Of a DNA stretch of 64,000 nt, positions 62,657 through 64,000 are shown piece by piece. A program made the position numbers and the translations under genes. This DNA is from a bacterium (GTDB lineage Bacteria > Hinthialibacterota > Hinthialibacteria > Hinthialibacterales > Hinthialibacteraceae): positions 1,472,001 to 1,536,000 of the forward strand of contig CAXXMV010000002.1 of assembly GCA_963662285.2 (NCBI GenBank). The letters are read 5' to 3'. Positions within the stretch are counted from its first letter, which is position 1, and each line of letters begins with the position of its first letter. Below the pieces are notes generated by a model. It was not told the DNA's origin. It did no database searches and saw only the letters and a program-made list of their open reading frames with translations.

Positions 62657-63895
62657 ATGAAAAAGTTATTTGTTTTATACATTTCTATGGCATCAATGAT
62701 AATCTTCGCGCAATCATCTCAGGCCGTTGACCGCGACTATCATTTCGACGGTATCATCTCCCGCGAAGTTCTATGCAATTATCTTTCACGGTCGACCACC
62801 TTTTGCGAGTTGCTCAATTCCAAGCGGACTGAGCAAACCTTGGGCGGCGATGTGGATGACAATATCCGCATGTTGAAGAATACCGGCGCCAAGTTCGCTG
62901 GCCGCGCCATCTATATGTGGGGCGGCGAGACACGTTTGGAAGCTCTGCTGGCTGATGGCGCCGTAGTTGCGGAGAAAGTCCATCAAGCCGATCCGGATGT
63001 GGTTTTGCAAGCCGCCGTTTTTGAGATTGTCACAACTCAAGTCAACCAGATTCCTATCCCTGACTGGGTGTTTGAGGCATTCGACCTCGCTCCAGAGCAA
63101 CGCAATTTCAAATATGAAGCTATGTTGTATCCCGATGGAAACCGGGTGAATCATTGGCGCAATGGGCAATCGGTTCCTGATATGAGTCAAATGGAAACCC
63201 GTATGTGGTTCTTATATATTGCCGCAAGTTACATCAACATCGGCGTCGAAGCGATACATTTCGGCCAAGTGGAAATCATGGATGACCGCGACCCTGATCG
63301 CGCCTATTGGAACGACATGATGACCCGCGTGCGCCGTTATGCATCGAAAAATGCACGACGTCACATGGTTCTATGCGACGCTCATGTTCCCAGCGGGGGC
63401 ATTGTACTGCCCGATGGCAAACTGCTGTTCGATTTTCACTCCTTCCCGCTGCGCATTGAGGAGATTGGCGACAAACCTCAGCAAGGCATTCTTCTGGTTG
63501 GGTATCTGGACAGCATCTTCCTGCGCAGCAAGGGGGGAATTGCTCCCAGCGGCTGGAAATGCGACAGCCTGCCCTACATTGTTGAACTGGATAATTTCGG
63601 CGGCAGCGGCGGCCATGAAGGAGAAAACTACGGCCAGCATTTTTGCTGGGGTTATGACGAGATTACCTGGTTCGCCAATCAAAGCCAAAACTACCGCGAC
63701 CTGTGGCTCCACTACGCCTGGAACTGGATCCGCCGCACCGACTCCAACGGCTACCTGCAAATGCCTCTAAGCCGAACTCTATATCAGAAAGTAAATGGAA
63801 AAAACTGGTATTGGGCCAACAAACCCAGCGACGCCGTCCCCGGCGGCTTCAATCAAGAAGAGACCATCAAGGCTATATGGGCGAATGATGGATGA
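62657..63895 (+). CDS. Secreted hypothetical protein, possible glycoside hydrolase
   Basis: Signal peptide (SQA), Trp/Tyr-rich, conserved-looking acidic motifs (FEIVT, VELDN, WGYDEI). Confidence 0.6.
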   Translation: MKKLFVLYISMASMIIFAQSSQAVDRDYHFDGIISREVLCNYLSRSTTFCELLNSKRTEQTLGGDVDDNIRMLKNTGAKFAGRAIYMWGGETRLEALLADGAVVAEKVHQADPDVVLQAAVFEIVTTQVNQIPIPDWVFEAFDLAPEQRNFKYEAMLYPDGNRVNHWRNGQSVPDMSQMETRMWFLYIAASYINIGVEAIHFGQVEIMDDRDPDRAYWNDMMTRVRRYASKNARRHMVLCDAHVPSGGIVLPDGKLLFDFHSFPLRIEEIGDKPQQGILLVGYLDSIFLRSKGGIAPSGWKCDSLPYIVELDNFGGSGGHEGENYGQHFCWGYDEITWFANQSQNYRDLWLHYAWNWIRRTDSNGYLQMPLSRTLYQKVNGKNWYWANKPSDAVPGGFNQEETIKAIWANDG

Positions 63896-64000
63896 TTCGT
63901 TGCTAAAAAGAATCTTCATCCATTTTTTTGTCGACTCCTTATATACTTTCAATATAAACGATAATTTCTCAAAATAGCGCACAGGCAATTCCTATCGATA

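Overview
Bacterial chromosomal window, moderately AT-rich, from a diderm organism. The prepilin-like, PQQ-propeller, sulfatase and DUF1080 proteins and a C-terminal xxWxxY tail resemble PVC-like or Sumerlaeota/Hinthialibacterota-type genomes (inference only). Housekeeping content: the phoH-HD-ybeY-CNNM-DUF502 operon, asd, class II nrdJ with an NrdR box, and anmK. Signalling content: a CHASE2 pseudo-kinase next to a CapC/PgsC-like membrane protein, a CheY-CheC-diguanylate cyclase module, BlaI/M56 and LytS/LytTR. Two things stand out. (1) A compact five-gene terpenoid operon at 45476-52359 encodes a ferredoxin-like protein, a B12-type radical SAM enzyme, a DUF116-polyprenyl synthase fusion, a prenyltransferase-barrel protein and a DxDD class II cyclase, with no squalene synthase in the window. 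(2) The intergenic DNA is filled with several REP-like palindrome families in tandem mosaics that act as landing pads. Both IS481 copies sit in the same palindrome family, an IS4-like MITE carries a REP array, and a truncated group II intron sits in a REP arm that pairs with its putative EBS1. No rRNA, tRNA or CRISPR array was found.
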